Shown piece after piece: positions 1-8,440 of a stretch of 63,963 nt of DNA (the stretch's first letter is position 1; each line of letters begins with the position of its first letter). Both the position numbers and the translations under genes were made by a program. The stretch covers positions 1-63,963 of the forward strand of contig PFMD01000025.1 in the NCBI GenBank assembly GCA_002784945.1, in the 5' to 3' direction. The notes below the pieces were generated by a model. It searched no databases and was not told the origin of the DNA. It saw only the letters and a program-made list of their open reading frames with translations. This DNA is from Candidatus Kerfeldbacteria bacterium CG_4_10_14_0_8_um_filter_42_10 (GTDB lineage Bacteria > Patescibacteriota > Patescibacteriia > UM-FILTER-42-10).

Positions 1-45
1 GCATCCTGGGGGTGGAGAAGCTCCCAAGGGTTTGGCTGTTCGCCA

Positions 46-89
<44 letters not shown>

Positions 90-99
90 AGACATTTCC

Positions 100-938
100 C
101 TCACCTTGAAAGGTGAGGGATAAACGAGCTGTCTATAAATCTAGCTATTTGCTGGAACTCCTGTCGGCCTCAAATTAATGTGAGGCTTGAGTATCTCACA
201 CTACTTATAATATAATTAATATTATGAGTAATAATGTGTTGAGTGCAGATAACCAGCAGGGAAGGGCAAGGCATTCTCTTGATCCATGGTATATAACGGG
301 ATTCGTGGAAGGCGAAGGAACTTTTCATATCGCCTTTTACAAGGATCCCCGCATGAAACAATCCATTAAAGTGATACCGGAATTCCACGTAAACCAAAGC
401 TATTTGCGAATTGGAACATTGAAAGATATTCAAAAATACTTCGGTTGCGGTTACATTAAAGCTAATCATGCGAAAAATACCAAAGACACCACTTATGTAT
501 TTGTGGTGCGTGATCGGGAAGAATTAATCAGAAAAATCATTCCTTTCTTCAGAAAATATCCTCTTCATTCGATTAAACAAGAAAGTTTCAAGATATTCGC
601 TCAAATAGTAAAAATGATGACAAAAGGAAACCATAGGAATAAGAAGGGAATAGGAATAATCATCAATCTTGCTTACCAAATGAATAACTATGGCAAATAT
701 CGGGCAAGAAACAAGAATGATTTGCTGAAAACTTTGCAACCCTCAGAGACTATACGCTAGACCATCCTTCGCTAAAAGCTACGGATGGCAGGCCCTAATA
801 CTTTAATATAAGTAATTAAGGAGCTTGCCCGCCGAAGCTAAAGCGTAGGCGGGAAGATATAGTCCGAGCTGCGTAGCGATACGTAGAGTATGGCAGAAAT
901 GACCATACCATCTACAACAAGTATGATGTAACAAAATG
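100..938 (+). mobile_element. Group I intron in 23S rRNA carrying a homing-endonuclease ORF
   Basis: 839 nt interrupt the otherwise continuous conserved string GAGACAGT|TCGGTC. The 5' exon ends in T (U) and the insert ends in G (omega-G convention). AAGATATAGTCC at ~854-866 resembles the group I catalytic-core (P7/P3) string. There is an internal LAGLIDADG ORF. Confidence 0.8.
224..760 (+). CDS. LAGLIDADG homing endonuclease (single-motif, I-CreI-like size)
   Basis: 178-aa ORF entirely inside the intron. LDPWYITGFVEGEGTFHI fits the LAGLIDADG dodecapeptide pattern (..GF.(D/E)GEG.F). The tail is basic. Confidence 0.8.
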   Translation: MSNNVLSADNQQGRARHSLDPWYITGFVEGEGTFHIAFYKDPRMKQSIKVIPEFHVNQSYLRIGTLKDIQKYFGCGYIKANHAKNTKDTTYVFVVRDREELIRKIIPFFRKYPLHSIKQESFKIFAQIVKMMTKGNHRNKKGIGIIINLAYQMNNYGKYRARNKNDLLKTLQPSETIR

Positions 939-1525
939 TCGGTCTCCTATCTGCCGTGGGCGTTGAAATTTGAGAAGATCTTTCTCTAGTACGAGAGGAC
1001 CGAGAAGGACGAACCACTCGTTGACGAGTTGTCCTGCCAAGGGCATTGCTCGGTAGCGACGTTCGGTTAGGATAAACGCTGAAAGCATCTAAGCGTGAAG
1101 CCGCCTTCAAGATTAGATTTCATCATTAGATTCCCGGGAGATGACCGGGTTGATAGGCTTCAGGTGTAAGTCCGGTAACGGATTTAGCCGAGAAGTACTA
1201 ATAAAATCGAGCTTAATCGTAACCACAAAGGATACTAACGCACCTTTTCTAAGGTGCGATCAAATAATAATCTAAAATAAAAATGCTCACTAAACGATCC
1301 CGCGGCTGCGGAATCGCCCTGAGTTCCGTGAGAACGGAACAAAGGGTCTTAATCTTAAAAATAACAAACAAAATGTTCTCTAAATATCGAGTATTGCTGA
1401 AACTGGTTTTAGTCTTCAGTATTCTAGCAGTAGTAATTGGAGCGGTACTTATGATTTCTCCCGCTACTATTGCTGGTAACTAGTCGCCGGAGGCCGGTTA
1501 TCCCGCGGATGCGAGATGACTCCCT

Positions 1526-1697
1526 CTGGTGATTCTAGCGAAGGGGCCACACCTGTTCCCCGCCCACCTGCCTTCCCATATTCAAGGTTTATGCTAAGAC
1601 TTATGGGCAGGAAGGCGGGCGGGCCATCCCGAACACAGCAGTTAAGCCCTTCAGCGCCGATGATACTCCAACTCGGGGGAAAGTAGGCCATTGCCAG
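1526..1697 (+). rRNA. rrf: 5S rRNA with a ~60-nt internal insertion (172 nt instead of ~117)
   Basis: CTGGTGATTCTAGCGAAGGGGCCACACCTGTTCCC ... CCATCCCGAACACAGCAGTTAAGCCCTTCAGCGCCGATGATACT...GGGGGAAAGTAGGCCATTGCCAG. Helix I pairs CUGGUGAU with AUUGCCAG. The conserved halves are separated by a hairpin at ~1559-1623. Confidence 0.85.
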
Positions 1698-1709
1698 TTA
1701 TATAGAAAG

Positions 1710-1739
1710 ACTCTTGCTAACAGCAGGAGTTTTTCTTTT
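1710..1739 (+). terminator. Rho-independent terminator after 5S
   Basis: ACTCTTGCT-AAC-AGCAGGAGT stem-loop (one G-U) followed by TTTTTCTTTT. Confidence 0.7.
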
Positions 1740-1760
1740 GAAAAATGTTTTGCATGCAAA

Positions 1761-2009
1761 GCAATGGCCTATCCTGAGCCCGGAGGGCGAAGGATCTAAT
1801 TAACTGCCAGTTGAAGCCGCTTCATTAAAGCTAAAATTAAAAGAGCGGCCGAAACCCTGAATGGAATAAAGGGTCTAGGTAATCCGTTCCTGAAAAGGAG
1901 CGGTTTTTCATTTGGGAAAGTTGAGGCCGCTTCCTTAAAATTGAAAATTCAAAAGCGGCCGAAATCCCGCGAATCCGCCAGTCGGCGGAGTAGCGGGATA
2001 GGCTATTGC
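1761..2009 (+). ncRNA. Unclassified structured element / degenerate 5S-like module
   Basis: GCAATGGCCTATCC (1761-1774) is complementary to GGATAGGCTATTGC (1996-2009). It has two paralogous hairpins (1816-1849, 1925-1960). Its 3' end duplicates the 5S 3' end plus terminator context. Confidence 0.3.
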
Positions 2010-2024
2010 CAGTTATATAGAATA

Positions 2025-2052
2025 ACCCTTGTCTAAAGCAAGGGTTTTCTAT
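2025..2052 (+). terminator. Rho-independent terminator
   Basis: ACCCTTG-TCTAAAG-CAAGGGT followed by TTTTCTATTT. It is preceded by the same TTGCCAGTTATATAGAA context as the 5S terminator. Confidence 0.6.
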
Positions 2053-2153
2053 TTGGCTAATACTAGCCATTATGTTTTTTGGGAGTAAATTGATATTCCG
2101 CTTAAATTAGCGAAAAAATGTACTTTTGCTAGTTAAGAATTATTAAAAAAGTG

Positions 2154-2182
2154 TTGACTAATGGACTTTATTGGAATATAAT
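2154..2182 (+). promoter_or_regulatory. Sigma70-type promoter
   Basis: TTGACT (2154-2159), 17 nt, TATAAT (2177-2182), 37 nt upstream of the ATG at 2219. Confidence 0.6.
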
Positions 2183-2218
2183 ATTTTTCATATGATAATG
2201 TATGATATTCGCTAAAAT

Positions 2219-3073
2219 ATGAACAAAAAAGGACGTTCAAGGCTAACAATCACCCTGCGAAAAGATCTGCTCCCCTATCTGGATCAAACTATTGACGGAA
2301 CGAAAATTCGTAACCGGTCTCATGCCATTGAATATATTCTAGGACAATCTTTAGGCCCTAAAATTCGGAAAGCGGTTATTTTGGCAGGGGGGAAAGGAAT
2401 CCAAATGCGCCCTTTGACTTATGAAATACCCAAAGCCATGATTCCCGTGCACGGAAAACCAATCTTGCAACATATTTTGGAATCGTTGAGAGCTTACGGA
2501 ATTACTGACATCACGATATTTTACGGACACCTCGGAAAACTAATCCAGGATTATTTTGGAGACGGATCAAAGCATGGAGTTAAAATTTCTTATGTTAAAG
2601 AAAAAGAGCAGGCCGGCACGGGTGGATCGATCCGACAGCTTAAAAACCAATTCACCGACGCTTTCATTCTGATCTACGGCGACATTCTGGCTAATCTCAA
2701 TTACATTGATTTTATTGAATTCCACCAATCACACAACGGCATAGCCAGCGTAGCGCTCAGTTCTTTAGAAGATCCTTCAAAATTTGGAGTGGTTGGATTA
2801 CATGGATCAAAAATCGTCAGCTTTCGCGAAAAACCCGATAAGAATCCTACCCTATCCCGCTTGGTTAGCTCCGGCACATACATCTTAGAACCGGAGATTG
2901 TCAACTATATTCCCAAAAATGGCTACGTCAGTTTGGAAAAAGACGTTTTTCCGGCATTGGCGGAAAAAGGAAAGCTGTTCGGCTATCCTTTCGAAGGCCA
3001 ATGGTTCGACGTTTCCACGCCCGAGACCTACGAAAGAGTAATAAAGGAATGGAAGGGAAATAAACCCAGTTAG
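2219..3073 (+). CDS. Ribbon-helix-helix domain fused to a sugar-1-phosphate nucleotidyltransferase
   Basis: N-terminus RLTITLRKDLLPYLDQ...NRSHAIEYILGQSL looks like a CopG/Arc RHH. It is followed by AVILAGGKGIQMRPLTYEIPKAMIPVHGKPIL, the GxGxR NTP-transferase signature (RmlA/ManC/GlmU type). Confidence 0.8.
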   Translation: MNKKGRSRLTITLRKDLLPYLDQTIDGTKIRNRSHAIEYILGQSLGPKIRKAVILAGGKGIQMRPLTYEIPKAMIPVHGKPILQHILESLRAYGITDITIFYGHLGKLIQDYFGDGSKHGVKISYVKEKEQAGTGGSIRQLKNQFTDAFILIYGDILANLNYIDFIEFHQSHNGIASVALSSLEDPSKFGVVGLHGSKIVSFREKPDKNPTLSRLVSSGTYILEPEIVNYIPKNGYVSLEKDVFPALAEKGKLFGYPFEGQWFDVSTPETYERVIKEWKGNKPS

Positions 3074-3341
3074 AAGCCCCGACTTAGGTAGCGTTAATCA
3101 ATTATAAGAGTTAATACTCTTTAGAAGCGAACTTTTAAAGGGGTAAATAAATTCGGTTTTGGAAACGTATTCTTCAGAAAATAGTTGAAGAATATATCTT
3201 CAAAACAGAAAAACAGTTCATTTAACTTCGACCTTTGAAAAAGAAAGAGATAGAAAGGAGCAACGATTCGATGACGGTACAAGTCAAGGAGCCGTTTTTT
3301 CCGAACGGTTCATTAGGACTAGTTTAAGCGGAGGCTCGCGC

Positions 3342-4322
3342 ATGGAAAGGTACAAGGAACTTAAGTCGGGAGATCCATTTGTATTTCCTGGCCTAGAGAA
3401 ACAGTTTACCGTAGTGGGGTACATCCCTGGGGGATTCAATCGGATAATCCTAAAAGCGAATTGCAACGGTGGAACGGGAACTCGCATTCTCAAAATCGCT
3501 CAAGCGCATGAAGGCGATGCTGACGCCGATCAGTTCAAGGGCAAGTGTGGGCAGATCCACGATTACCAGCAGAGTCTTCAGAGACTTGGCGTACTTACCC
3601 CCAGCCCAATCACTACACATGAAAATGTTATTGACGGAAAGCGCTTTCTTCTGGAAACCTCCCCCTTCACTGGCCAGAGCGTTCATGAAATGATGCTCAC
3701 TGCTCCACGGAATGATGTCTTAGAACTGTGCCAGCAAATGATTGACGTAGCCCTGAAGCCCATCTTCTCGCAAAATTTGCGGGCGGATGGGAATCTGCCA
3801 TGCGGCGTAGACATGATTCCTCGGAACTTTACCAAAGATCCGGGAGTAATGCACTATGTCGACCTATGGCCGCCAAAGCTCTGGCTCGATGGTGAACCGA
3901 CTCTGGAATATCCCGAACCAATGGATACCAAGGTCATTCAGCTTGGAATTTTCCGGCATTTCACCATCAAAGGAGTCGCTCAGGCATTTCTGGTACAACT
4001 CTGCCGTATCCGACCGGAACTGCGAAGAGAGTTCCAAAGGCTCGTTGACGGCGCCCTCAAGGGAATGGGGCTTCACGAAGAATTGGGGTGGCTTCAGCAA
4101 CAACCCGCCAGGCAGTTTCAAAATGGAGGAGATCTGAAACAGATAATCGAACCTCTCGGCTACGAGCAGATCTATGGTCTGCGGGAAATCGCCTGTGAGC
4201 TGGCCTTTCAAGGTCAAATTTCCGCAGGTCAGCTAGAGCGGATCTTCAAAGACTCTCATTTCCAAGATACGCCACTGCCCTCAGCCACTATCCTTCAGAT
4301 CAAGGAGGTGCTCTTTCACTAA
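3342..4322 (+). CDS. Hypothetical protein (weak kinase-like spacing of motifs)
   Basis: 326-aa ORF with GGAGG ~8 nt upstream of the ATG. No family recognised. ILKIAQ...DMIPRNF...YVDLW is only vaguely kinase-like. Confidence 0.6.
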   Translation: MERYKELKSGDPFVFPGLEKQFTVVGYIPGGFNRIILKANCNGGTGTRILKIAQAHEGDADADQFKGKCGQIHDYQQSLQRLGVLTPSPITTHENVIDGKRFLLETSPFTGQSVHEMMLTAPRNDVLELCQQMIDVALKPIFSQNLRADGNLPCGVDMIPRNFTKDPGVMHYVDLWPPKLWLDGEPTLEYPEPMDTKVIQLGIFRHFTIKGVAQAFLVQLCRIRPELRREFQRLVDGALKGMGLHEELGWLQQQPARQFQNGGDLKQIIEPLGYEQIYGLREIACELAFQGQISAGQLERIFKDSHFQDTPLPSATILQIKEVLFH

Positions 4323-4328
4323 TCAAAA

Positions 4329-4366
4329 GGGGAGTCTGCTTTTGCAGCACTCCCCTGTTTTTTTTG
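4329..4366. terminator. Hairpin terminator between convergent genes
   Basis: GGGGAGTCTGC-TTTT-GCAGCACTCCCC followed by TGTTTTTTTT. It sits between the stops at 4322 (+) and 4378 (-). Confidence 0.65.
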
Positions 4367-4377
4367 CTGTATTTTAA

Positions 4378-5535
4378 TTATAATCGGATTATTTTTTTCT
4401 CTAATCCGGAATACGCCGAATCGCTGGAGCTTTCTCCGATAATGGAAGAAATGTAATCGCGCATTTTTTCAGTCACCACAAAATTATCAAAGTCAAACAG
4501 GGTTTCGTCTAAAACGCGGTGGTTTTCTTTCCCTGCCACTTCGGTTAGCGGTACAGAACTGACAGTAAATTCATTCCTGGATTTGTCTTTTTTAACAATG
4601 CAACTCATTGTTCCGGTTTCATTCCGGCTGATTGATCCGACTGCGTGCTGGCCCAGTTTAACCGCGAATTCCCGATCAATTTCAATCGGCTGGCCCGATT
4701 GAAGGTAGTTTCGGGGAATGATGCATTGGGCATAGATTCCCAAATGATTTTTAATCTCTTCTCTCAAGCCGATGGAAATGAAGTTCTGTCGGGATTCATT
4801 GCGAAAATTATCCGGCTGGTTATCCGCCATTCCTTTTAATCCTCCCTTAAAGCGCACCTCTTCGGCAATCACCACAGTGGCGTATTCTCCGTTGTTTTTG
4901 TATCTCTGCTCGATTAATTCCAATAATAAATCTAAAGGCACCTCTCGTTCGGGCACAACGATTAAATCCGGATTCGCCAAACAAGAAGCGGCCGGGATCC
5001 AGCCGGCTTTCATGCCGATGGTCTCAATGAGAAAAATCCGTTTCAATCCGTAAGCGGTATCTTCTTTGGTCTGCTTTGTGATGGAAACGATTTTACTGGC
5101 GGCAGTGGGGAATCCGGGACACCAATAAGTACCCGTCAGATCATTATCCACTGTTTTAGGAATTCCCACTACAGAGAGCTCCACTGTTTTGGAAACCTCT
5201 AGCGCGGCTCCCAAAGTATCGTCTCCGCCAATGGCAATAATGCCGTCTAAGGATAATTCTTTGATCCTTTCTTTTAACTGCTCCATTCCCTTTTCTACCT
5301 TCAAAGGATTGACGCGGGACGAGCGCAGAATTGTTCCGCCGTGGGTTTGCAGTATCGAAACGTCAACGTCTGAAAAATCGGTGGTCTTTCCTCCCTTTAG
5401 CAAACTCTGCCATCCTTCGATTCCTCCTAAAATCTTGTATCCTTTCTTTTGCGCTTCGGTAATCACCCCGTAAAGGGTCGCGTTCAAAGCGGCCGCAATT
5501 CCCCCGCCGGTGAATACTAAAATTGTTTTTGGCAT
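4378..5535 (-). CDS. pfp: 6-phosphofructokinase, probably pyrophosphate-dependent
   Basis: FTGGGIAAALNA, GGDDTLG and IPKTVDNDL motifs. Asp in GGDD and Lys in PKT are the residues known to distinguish PPi- from ATP-dependent PFKs. Confidence 0.8.
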   Translation of the reverse strand: MPKTILVFTGGGIAAALNATLYGVITEAQKKGYKILGGIEGWQSLLKGGKTTDFSDVDVSILQTHGGTILRSSRVNPLKVEKGMEQLKERIKELSLDGIIAIGGDDTLGAALEVSKTVELSVVGIPKTVDNDLTGTYWCPGFPTAASKIVSITKQTKEDTAYGLKRIFLIETIGMKAGWIPAASCLANPDLIVVPEREVPLDLLLELIEQRYKNNGEYATVVIAEEVRFKGGLKGMADNQPDNFRNESRQNFISIGLREEIKNHLGIYAQCIIPRNYLQSGQPIEIDREFAVKLGQHAVGSISRNETGTMSCIVKKDKSRNEFTVSSVPLTEVAGKENHRVLDETLFDFDNFVVTEKMRDYISSIIGESSSDSAYSGLEKKIIRL

Positions 5536-5617
5536 ATAAATTTAAGATAATAAGTTGTGATAGTATTCTAGCTTAATCAAATATCGGATGTCAAAACAAT
5601 TTGCCTAAATAATGGGG

Positions 5618-5646
5618 TTGACAATAATCTAAATCAGAGTTAAACT
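5618..5646 (+). promoter_or_regulatory. Sigma70-type promoter
   Basis: TTGACA (5618-5623), 17 nt, TAAACT (5641-5646), upstream of the CDS at 5708. Confidence 0.5.
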
Positions 5647-5707
5647 CGCTAGAACTTGAATCAGCAAGCTCGTTTAGAAATAGAAACTGGCAAAGAGGAG
5701 GTGCTGC

Positions 5708-6655
5708 ATGTACAGTCTTTTCGTTGGATTTTCGGTGAATCCGGAGATCCATGTGCGTTACCCAGGAGATAGTGAAAACACTAAAATCTCCGTTCCGGAT
5801 GCAGGTTGGAAAATCGAAGCGGGAGGCAGCGCCCTCAATATCCAAGTTGCGGCCAGCCGGGCAGGGATTACTTCCAAACTTTTCGCGGCCATAGGAACTG
5901 GCGGCAATGACCGAGCAGATTTTTTCCGCGAAGTAATGGATGGCTTTCTCGACAATCTGGATGTCTACCGCCTCCCTGTTCGTAAGCAAGACTCTTCCGT
6001 CGGAATCATTATCCAACCCAGCGTCGGAAGGCGGAGAATCCTCTCCCACAAAACTCCCTTAGTTCCTGAAAAAGTGAGGGAAAATGTCCCCTGCCTGCAA
6101 GCCCAGCTAGAGTCCTGCCAACCGGCTTTTCTCGTGCTGACTGGGTTAATGCCGGATGAGTTGGAGCTAGCCCAACCGTTTCTGAATTACCAAGGGGGAA
6201 AAATAGTACTTGCTCCGCACGTGGATCTAATTCAAAGCGGCAAACTGCTCAAATTGCTCCCGCGGGTAAACTACCTTTTCCTGAATGGGTATGAGTGTGA
6301 ATCCATTTTAGGAGAAAAACCAACCCTAGACGCCCTTCAAAGATTCAGCTACAAATACGGGCTGGACTGGATCAGCGTAACTACCGCCACCCACGGCGTT
6401 AAGGTAGCGACCCAGGACGAGCAATTCGCTCTACCGCATCTGGAGAGTTCCCTGCCGTTAGTAGACACCACCGGCGCCGGCGATGCTTTTCTCTCCGGAA
6501 CCATCATTGCTCTGATCAAAGGCAAACTCGCCCCCCGCACCGCTGCCTTGTATGGTTGCTGCCAAGCTCGCCTCGCCTGCAGCCGTGAAGGTGCGGCTAA
6601 TCTACCTCCTTGGCCCGAGGTAGAACAAATGGTTACTCTTAGCAGAACCCAATGA
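5708..6655 (+). CDS. PfkB/ribokinase-family carbohydrate kinase
   Basis: C-terminal DTTGAGDAFLSG motif of the PfkB family. AGGAGG lies 7 nt upstream of the ATG. Confidence 0.8.
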   Translation: MYSLFVGFSVNPEIHVRYPGDSENTKISVPDAGWKIEAGGSALNIQVAASRAGITSKLFAAIGTGGNDRADFFREVMDGFLDNLDVYRLPVRKQDSSVGIIIQPSVGRRRILSHKTPLVPEKVRENVPCLQAQLESCQPAFLVLTGLMPDELELAQPFLNYQGGKIVLAPHVDLIQSGKLLKLLPRVNYLFLNGYECESILGEKPTLDALQRFSYKYGLDWISVTTATHGVKVATQDEQFALPHLESSLPLVDTTGAGDAFLSGTIIALIKGKLAPRTAALYGCCQARLACSREGAANLPPWPEVEQMVTLSRTQ

Positions 6656-6680
6656 CGCTACGGCTCTTTTTCACTCTTAG

Positions 6681-6716
6681 CAGACCGTGTCCCCAAGGCA
6701 TGGTCTGATTTTTTTA
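6681..6716 (+). terminator. Rho-independent terminator
   Basis: CAGACC...GGTCTG hairpin (6681-6707) followed by ATTTTTTT. Confidence 0.7.
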
Positions 6717-6983
6717 TCCCGTTAGAAGCAGAATACCCCACAGATTATTGGAGAGACGAATACTTAAATGAAAGGAAACATACGATAAAACAAATTCCTA
6801 TCGGCGTGAGCTTATAACAAGATTTATTTGTCTTTAAAAAAATACAATGATAAACTACAAATAACTAAGCAAGGCTTAAAAAGAGAAAAATGAAAATTTT
6901 GAATTTTTGCTTGAATTTTTAAATTTTTACTTTTTGCGCCAGAGGCGCATCTGCCTTTGGCATGAGATTTTTGAATTTTTTCC

Positions 6984-8252
6984 ATGCAATACATTACTGA
7001 TCTCCATTTTCATTCCAAATATTCCCGAGCTGTTTCGCAACAAATGGATCTGGAAAACTGCGCCGCTTGGGCCGCCAAAAAAGGAATTCAGGTAATCGCC
7101 GCGTGCGATTTTACCCATCCGGAATTTTTTTACGAAATTAAAAACAAACTGGTGCCGCAAGCCAACGGGCTTTTTAAATTAAAAGATTCCGACTGGCCGA
7201 CCTATTTTCTGCTCAGCACCGAGATTAGCTGCATCTATTCCAAGAATAATCGCGGCTACCGCATTCACGTGCTGGTCTGGATGCCCAGCTTGGCCGCGGT
7301 GGAAAAATTCAACACTCAATTAAGCTGGATCGGCAATTTAAAATCAGACGGCCGGCCCATCTTGGGTTTAGACGTCAAGGAATTAACGAAAATCGCCTTC
7401 GGAGTTACCGACCAAGCGGCCGTGATTCCCGCTCACGCTTGGACGCCTTGGTTTTCGCTTTTTGGATCGGCCTCGGGATTTGATTCGCTTAAAGATTGCT
7501 TTGAGGAATACTCCGATAAAATCTATGCCATTGAGACGGGGCTATCAAGCGACCCCGCCATGAACTGGCGGCTTTCCCAATTAGATAACGTTTCCATTGT
7601 CTCTTTTTCTGACGCTCATTCCCTATCAAACCTGGGGCGCGAAGCCACCGTGTTTGAACTGGAAGAGTTGAACTATCAAAATATCTTGCGTTCTATTACC
7701 AAGCCGATTGACTCCGGGAATAAAATTGCCTATACTATTGAATTCTACCCGGAAGAAGGCAAATACCATTGGGATGGCCACCGCAACTGCAATATCCGCT
7801 TTTCTCCCGAAGAGACTTTAAAACATAAAGAGATTTGCCCGGTATGCCAAAAGAGGGTAACGGTCGGAGTAATGAATCGGGTAGAAAAGCTGGCGGACCG
7901 AGAAGTAATAAAAGAATCGCCGGCAGAAAGGCCGCCTTTTAAAAGCCTGGTTCCCCTTCAAGAAATAATCGCGGAAAGCTTAGGCCAAAAGAAAGGCACT
8001 AAGGCCGTTGATGCGGAATATGAACAATTGGTTAAAGCGGGTGAAAACGAGTTTAACATTTTAATGAATATTTCCGAGGAGGAGTTAAAAAAGATAACCC
8101 TTCCGAAAATAGCGGAGGGAATAATCAAAGTACGCCAAGGAGATATTGTAGTAGAAGCAGGGTACGACGGCGTATTCGGAACGGTAAAAGTCTGGCCAGA
8201 ACAGGAAAAAACGAGTGGGGCCGCGGCCAGCGGCCAAAAAAGTTTGTTTTAG
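6984..8252 (+). CDS. PHP-domain nuclease, endonuclease Q (EndoQ/TIGR00375)-like
   Basis: DLHFHSKYSRAVS, PAHAWTPW, SDAHS..LGRE, GKYHWDGH, zinc-ribbon-like CPVCQKRVTVGVMNRV, and PLQEIIAE. These match my recollection of archaeal EndoQ blocks. Confidence 0.6.
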   Translation: MQYITDLHFHSKYSRAVSQQMDLENCAAWAAKKGIQVIAACDFTHPEFFYEIKNKLVPQANGLFKLKDSDWPTYFLLSTEISCIYSKNNRGYRIHVLVWMPSLAAVEKFNTQLSWIGNLKSDGRPILGLDVKELTKIAFGVTDQAAVIPAHAWTPWFSLFGSASGFDSLKDCFEEYSDKIYAIETGLSSDPAMNWRLSQLDNVSIVSFSDAHSLSNLGREATVFELEELNYQNILRSITKPIDSGNKIAYTIEFYPEEGKYHWDGHRNCNIRFSPEETLKHKEICPVCQKRVTVGVMNRVEKLADREVIKESPAERPPFKSLVPLQEIIAESLGQKKGTKAVDAEYEQLVKAGENEFNILMNISEEELKKITLPKIAEGIIKVRQGDIVVEAGYDGVFGTVKVWPEQEKTSGAAASGQKSLF

Positions 8253-8350
8253 TCTAGCTTTTTAGGAAGTAGCTTTTTAGCTTATTAGATTCTTATTAAA
8301 ATTTCCCATCGACCTAAAAAGCTAAGAAGCTAAAAAGCTAATTATTATCT

Positions 8351-8440
8351 GGAGGCGTGCGAGAGTGGTTGAATCGGACAGTCTCGAAAACTGTTAGACC
8401 CGCAAGGGTCTCGAAGGTTCGAATCCTTCCGCCTCCGCCA
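8351..8440 (+). tRNA. tRNA-Ser (anticodon CGA), long variable arm, CCA encoded
   Basis: GGAGGCG acceptor pairs with CGCCTCC. Anticodon stem ACAGT/ACTGT has loop CTCGAAA. The long extra arm is GACCCGCAAGGGTC and the T-arm is GAAGGTTCGAATCCTTC. It ends GCCA. Confidence 0.9.

Noticed and set aside
170-1110. Tracked ORFs 170-469(-), 524-739(-) and 838-1110(-).
   Set aside because: They lie antisense to, or inside, the 23S rRNA, the intron and the homing-endonuclease gene. There is no RBS or recognisable motif, so they are by-products of structured RNA sequence.
1283-1483. 66-aa ORF in the 23S-5S spacer, including a hydrophobic 36-aa tail (MFSKYRVLLKLVLVFSILAVVIGAVLMISPATIAGN).
   Set aside because: It sits inside an rRNA operon spacer with no Shine-Dalgarno before either Met. 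It is most likely non-coding. The TM-like peptide is noted but unsupported.
1467-2070. ORFs 1467-1691(-) and 1837-2070(-).
   Set aside because: They are antisense to the 5S rRNA and to the structured repeat module. Their composition is P/G/R-rich and low-complexity.
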